A DNA stretch of 64,000 nucleotides. Source: Lama guanicoe (Eukaryota). The position numbers and the translations under genes were made by a program. Location: the NCBI GenBank assembly GCA_013239625.1, contig MU053216.1, positions 560,001 to 624,000 on the forward strand. The letters are read 5' to 3'. Under the pieces are notes generated by a model that was given only the letters and a program-made list of their open reading frames with translations, was not told where the DNA came from and did not search any database. Shown here piece by piece: positions 59,286 to 64,000 of this stretch. Within the stretch, counting starts at the first letter, position 1. Each line of letters starts with the position of its first letter.

Positions 59286-59625
59286 ACAACCTCCGGCACA
59301 AAGCAAAAGCAGAAGCAGCAGCAGTGCGCTGCGTCCACAGGAGGCAGGACGTGCCCGGGTCACAGCAGCAACAGGGCAAGGAGGAGCTGGGGAGAGCCCT
59401 GCAGTGAGGTCCTTACCCACGTGGCGTGGCATATTATTATCTTACGGTAAACTCTAGTTATAGATGTATCTTGTAAATCCCAGCTCAACCATGAAAAAAC
59501 TTTTTAAATAAGTAAAAATAAGAAGTTAATAGATGAGATTAAATGGGATCTTTAAAACTGGTTAACCCAGATGAGGCAGAAAAAGAATAAAAGAAAAAAC
59601 AGCAATAAATAGAAAACAGCTCACA

Positions 59626-60187
59626 TGGGTCAACATGAAGAACCTAGTATTCGCATTACAGGGGTCCCAGAAAGGGAAAAGAAAGAGAGGAAACCTGAGA
59701 AAATATTTGGAGAGATAATCACCAAAAACTTCCCCAACTTGGGAAAGGAAACAATCACCCAAGTCCAGGAAGCACAGAGAGTACCACACAGGATCAACCC
59801 AAAGAGGAACACACCGAGGCACATAGTCATCAAACTGACAACAATTAAGGGTAAGGACAAAATATTAAAATCAGCAAGAGAAGAGCAACAAATAACATAC
59901 AAGGGAACTCCCATAAGGTTTCAGCTGACTTTTCCGCATAAACTCTGCAGGCCAGAAGGGAGTGGCACAACATATTTAAAGTGATGCAAGGGGGAAACTT
60001 ACAACCAAGAACACTCTATCCAGCAAGGCTCTCACTCAGATTTGATGGAGAAATCAAAAGCTTCACAGATTAACAAAACATAAAAGATTTTAGCACCACC
60101 AAACCAGCTTTACAGCAAATGTTAAAGAAACTTCTCTAGTCACCAAACCATAAGAAAAAAGATTTAAAGAAAAAAAACAAAACCTAC
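59626..60187 (+). mobile_element. LINE-1 ORF1 C-terminal fragment
   Basis: IRITGVPERE...IFGEIITKNFPNLGKETITQVQEAQRVPHRINPKRNTPRHIVIKL...KILKSAREEQQITYKGTPIR is typical L1 ORF1p. It is frameshifted further on. Confidence 0.95.
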
Positions 60188-60199
60188 AAGATTGCTTTG

Positions 60200-60331
60200 T
60201 TGGTGGGGGAGAGTGTAGCTCAGTGGTAGAGCACGTACCTAGCGTGCACAAGGACCTGGGTTCAATCCCCAGCACCTCTATTCAAATCAATCAGTCAATC
60301 TAATCCCCACTGCCCCGTGCCAAAAAAAAAA
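60200..60331 (+). mobile_element. tRNA-Ala-derived SINE with perfect 12-bp TSD, nested in L1
   Basis: TSD aagattgctttg at 60188-60199 and 60332-60343; poly-A tail. Confidence 0.92.
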
Positions 60332-60343
60332 AAGATTGCTTTG

Positions 60344-61255
60344 GCAGTTCAGGGTCTTTTATGGTTCCATGTAAATTTTGGAATTGTTTGTTCCAGTTCT
60401 GTGAAAAAAGTCATGAGCACTTTGACAGAGGCTGCACTGGATCTGTAGATTGCTTTGGGTAGTATGGCCGTTTTAATAATGTTGATTCTTCCAATCCAAG
60501 AACACAAGATCAATTTCCTTCATCAATGGTTTAGTTTTCAGAGCATAGGTAATCTCCTTGGTTAAGTTTATTTCTAGGTATTTTGTTGTTTTTGATGCAA
60601 TGGAAATGTTTATGCCAGTTATAAAACTCTGGTATTTGAAGTGAAGAAAAAAAAGTGAATGAAGGGCCGCAAATGGCAAAATATCCTTCTTTTTTATGGG
60701 TGAGTTGTATTCCATTGCACATGTATGCTGCATCTTTTTTACCCATTCATCTATTGATGTGCACTCAGGATGCTCCCACCTCTTGGCCATTGAAAATAGT
60801 GCTGCTATTAATAGCACAGTGGATGTATCTTTTTGAATTAATGCTTTTGTTTTTCTCTGATATATGCCCAGGAGTGGAACTGCTGGGTCACATGGTGCTT
60901 CTATTTTTAGGCTTTTGAGAAACCTCCATGTTGTTTTCCATGGTGGCTGCACCAATTTGCATTCCCACCAACAGTGTACAAGGGTTCCCTTTTCTCCACA
61001 TCCTTGCCAACATTTGTTATTTGTGTTCTTTTTGATGCTGGCCATTCTGACAGGTGTGAGACGGTGTCTCATTATGATTCTGATTTACATTTCCCTGGTA
61101 TTAGTGATGTTGAGCAACTTTTCATGTTCCAGTCGGCCATCTGCATTCCCTCTTTTGGAAAAATGTCTATTCAGTTCTTCTGCTCATATGTTAAATGGGT
61201 TGTTTGTTTGCTTTTTAATTGAAGTACAGTTGATTTAAAATGTTGTATTAGTTTC
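60344..61255 (-). mobile_element. LINE-1 ORF2 fragments in antisense orientation
   Basis: [53 protein letters not shown] is the ORF2p Cys-rich C-terminus (~60665-61200). The KYLEINLTKE/WIGRINI-type post-RT segment lies at 60344-60620. Confidence 0.93.
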
Positions 61256-61256
61256 T

Positions 61257-61470
61257 GGAGGATTAAGAGGTACAAACTATCAGGTATAAAATAAGTTACA
61301 AGGATGTGTTGTACCACATAGGGAAGATAGCCAATACTTTATGATAACTATAAACAGAGTATAACCTTTAAAAATTGTGAATCACTGTATTGTATACCTG
61401 TAACATACAATATTGTATATCAACTGTACTTCAATTAAAAAAATATGACATTGTAAAATAAATACATAAA
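61257..61470 (+). mobile_element. LINE-1 3' UTR end with A-rich tail
   Basis: gaggtacaaactatcaggtataaaataag...caactgtacttcaattaaaaaaa. Confidence 0.85.
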
Positions 61471-61648
61471 AAGCTAAAGTTCTAAGCTGTTCTTAGAAAC
61501 AATAAATAGTACATATATGTAAATTTTTAAAAGTATGTACAGTATATTGTATATCTGTATTTACATGAAATACATTATATATATGCAGTCAAACTGTATC
61601 AGTGTTACCTAATAAAACTGAAAAATGCAAAAAAGAAAACAGCTTACA

Positions 61649-63620
61649 AGAGAATACATTTAAATCCACAAATATCAATAATCACAATAAATGTGAATGG
61701 CAAAAATACAACAGTCAGAGGTAAGAGATTGTTATAGTAACAGAGAAAGTCACCAACTATACATTGGGTACAAAAAACTTTAAACATAAAGACATAAGTT
61801 AAAATAAAAGAAGGAAAAAAGATATAAAACTAAGCAAACACTAAGCAAAAGAAAGTTGGAGTAGCTATATTAATATCAAAGAAAACTTCAGAGTAAGAAA
61901 TATTATAAAAGATAAAGAGGGATTTCATATAATGGTAAAGGGGTCAATTCCCCTAAAACGTACAAACCTAAATGTGTTATTTCACTTACAACAGAGCTTC
62001 AAGTCATGAGGCAAAAACGGATAGAACTGAAAGGCAAAATAGCCAAATCCACAATTACAGCTGGAGATTCCACACGTGTCGCTCGATAAGAGAACAAGTG
62101 GACAGAAAATCAATACAGATACAGAAGGTCTGAACAATGCTACCAACCAACCAGACCTAACTGGCATTTATCAAACAATATCAGAACACGTTTTCTCAAG
62201 TTCACATGGAACATTCACCAAATAGGCCATATGCTGGGCCACAAAACAAACCTGCACTGAAAAGCAAATTTGCTTTTCACAGAGGCACGGCTCAGCAATT
62301 CTGAAATTACCCTAAACAAATAAGTAAATTATTGTAGATAATGAGAACAAGGCTTCTTACAGTTACAAACAAGGAGAGAGAGCTACTGCCGAGCCTGTGC
62401 TGCTGGATGGGAGCTGGAGGCGCTTGTGGTTTTCGTCCTAAACGCACGTGGACAGACCCAGGAATGAACACAGAAGTGAAGTGCATGTGCAGGGTTAGTA
62501 CGTTATATGCCTTCCCACTGGACGGGACGAGCAGCAGTGACACCCCTGTAGGAATGAGTACCCTTAACACCCAGATCTGGGTTTCTAAACACTATTCTCT
62601 AGTAGAAGGAACTAGGGCTCCCCGGAGAAGAGACTGACTCCAGGGCTGGGGCAAGAAACACAGAAGATGAGCTGGAGCATCTTGTGATACTGGGAAATAA
62701 TGAAGTAGTAAAAGAATAAAAATAAAAAACAGTAACAAAAAGTACGCTGCAAGGGCCTCAGAGCTAACCTAAGAGTCCCCAGTGGCCACAGTTAGAACCA
62801 CCTGGGCAAACAAGCAGCAAGAGCTGGATTACAGCCCCAAATAACTCGAGCACCGACGAGTCCACGCCGGCACGGACACGGACACGCAGCTGAGTAAACA
62901 AGTGAGAGACAGGACAGAAAGGACAGCTCTCCCCTACAGCAAACTCCAGCTAACACAGGTAGAAGGAATGAGAAAACAGGAAATTACCACTAGAACTCCA
63001 GTGCCAAAATCAGTGGGCAAAAGGGTAAGCAAAAAACATGGTATTTGCATAATTTCAAAGTATCTCCCCTCGGATATTAATTACAAAAATGGAAACTAGT
63101 AATCTTATGGTGGATAAAGCCTGCAGACACGACCAGAATCAAGTGTTCAAGGTCACCCTCACCAGCAACGGTTCACACAGACACCATCTGCCCTGGCCTG
63201 AAGAGGGGGCACACCGAGGGGGGGCGGCCACCCGAGAACACACAACTTGAGGAGAAAACAGCAGACAAACCCAAACTGAGGGTGTCTTCAAAAGAGCCAT
63301 CTCTACTCCTCACCAGAATCAAGGCCACAAACAAGGGAAGGCTGAGGACTGCCCAGATGGAAGGGGACAGGATGACCCTGGGACACGGGACAGCGTGCTG
63401 GACCCCAAAACAGACAAGGGACGTCATGGGGGAGAGCAGGGTCCAAACGCAGCCTGTGGCTCAGCTGAGGGGACCATGTGCACAAGGCAGCCGTGCTGGC
63501 TGCGCTCTGCCTACGCGAGCGCGCAGTAGCGGGCAGGGAGGCTGCGTGGAAGGTGTTCTGAACTCTATTTTTGCAGTTTTTCTGTAAAGCTCAGATTATC
63601 TCAAATTAAAACAATGAATT
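61649..63620 (+). mobile_element. Old L1M element: degenerate ORF2 endonuclease start, then L1MC/MD-like 3' region
   Basis: atatcaataatcacaataaatgtgaatggc (ISIITINVNG-like), ggagtagctatattaatatca (GVAILIS), catggaacattcaccaaaataggccatatgctgggc (HGTFTKIGHMLG). Confidence 0.8.
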
Positions 63621-64000
63621 AAAAACACAAGGAAATACATGGGAGTGATAAGCACCAAATTCAGGGGGGCAGTTAATTGTTGAGGGGCGGCTGGTGCATG
63701 AGACTGGGGAGCTGTACAAAGAAGGCCCCAACTCCGGGAGGAGGGTTCACTCCTTGTGTTGTGTGGACAGTACATGGATTTTTAAAAATTACATGTGTAT
63801 GCCTGAATGTATTTCTTTAAAAACCTTCAGACTTTCAAATTGGGCACAGACACATCTGCATATGGTAATCTAGTCACCTGCCCGATGTTTACAGAGTACC
63901 TATTATAAAACGAGGTTCCTCCCTGCCTCTCCTGTGTTGGCTGCACGGGGTCTACACCACAGCTGCTCAGCAGCAGCAAGACGGCAGCACGGCCACAGCA

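Noticed and set aside
59625..61072. L1 ORF1/ORF2 ORFs as functional genes
   Set aside because: They are truncated, frameshifted and rearranged retrotransposon fragments.

Overview
GC-rich mammalian genomic DNA, probably from a camelid, judged from many tRNA-Ala-headed SINEs resembling the camelid Vic-1 type. Two spliced protein-coding genes lie in tandem on the minus strand. RNPEP (aminopeptidase B, M1 zinc peptidase) has 11 coding exons from 41327 to beyond 55430, with its start codon lost in a 39-N assembly gap inside a CpG-island promoter. ELF3 (epithelial ETS factor, 372 aa) has 8 coding exons at 35057-37865, one non-coding first exon, and a TATA/CCAAT/NF-kB/ETS/Oct promoter. I checked all exon boundaries by hand for GT-AG and phase. 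The right end (57-64 kb) is a nest of L1, SINE and MER elements, including a scrambled L1 with non-collinear inverted segments inside one target-site duplication. The left 34 kb has no recognisable gene. It does contain an orphan CpG island (~20.0-20.8 kb) inside a chain of about 10 small minus-strand segments with splice-consensus ends (19.3-25.2 kb), a candidate unannotated spliced lncRNA or decayed gene. That is the most novel-looking signal, but it is unproven. Most ORFs in the supplied track are GC-rich noise.
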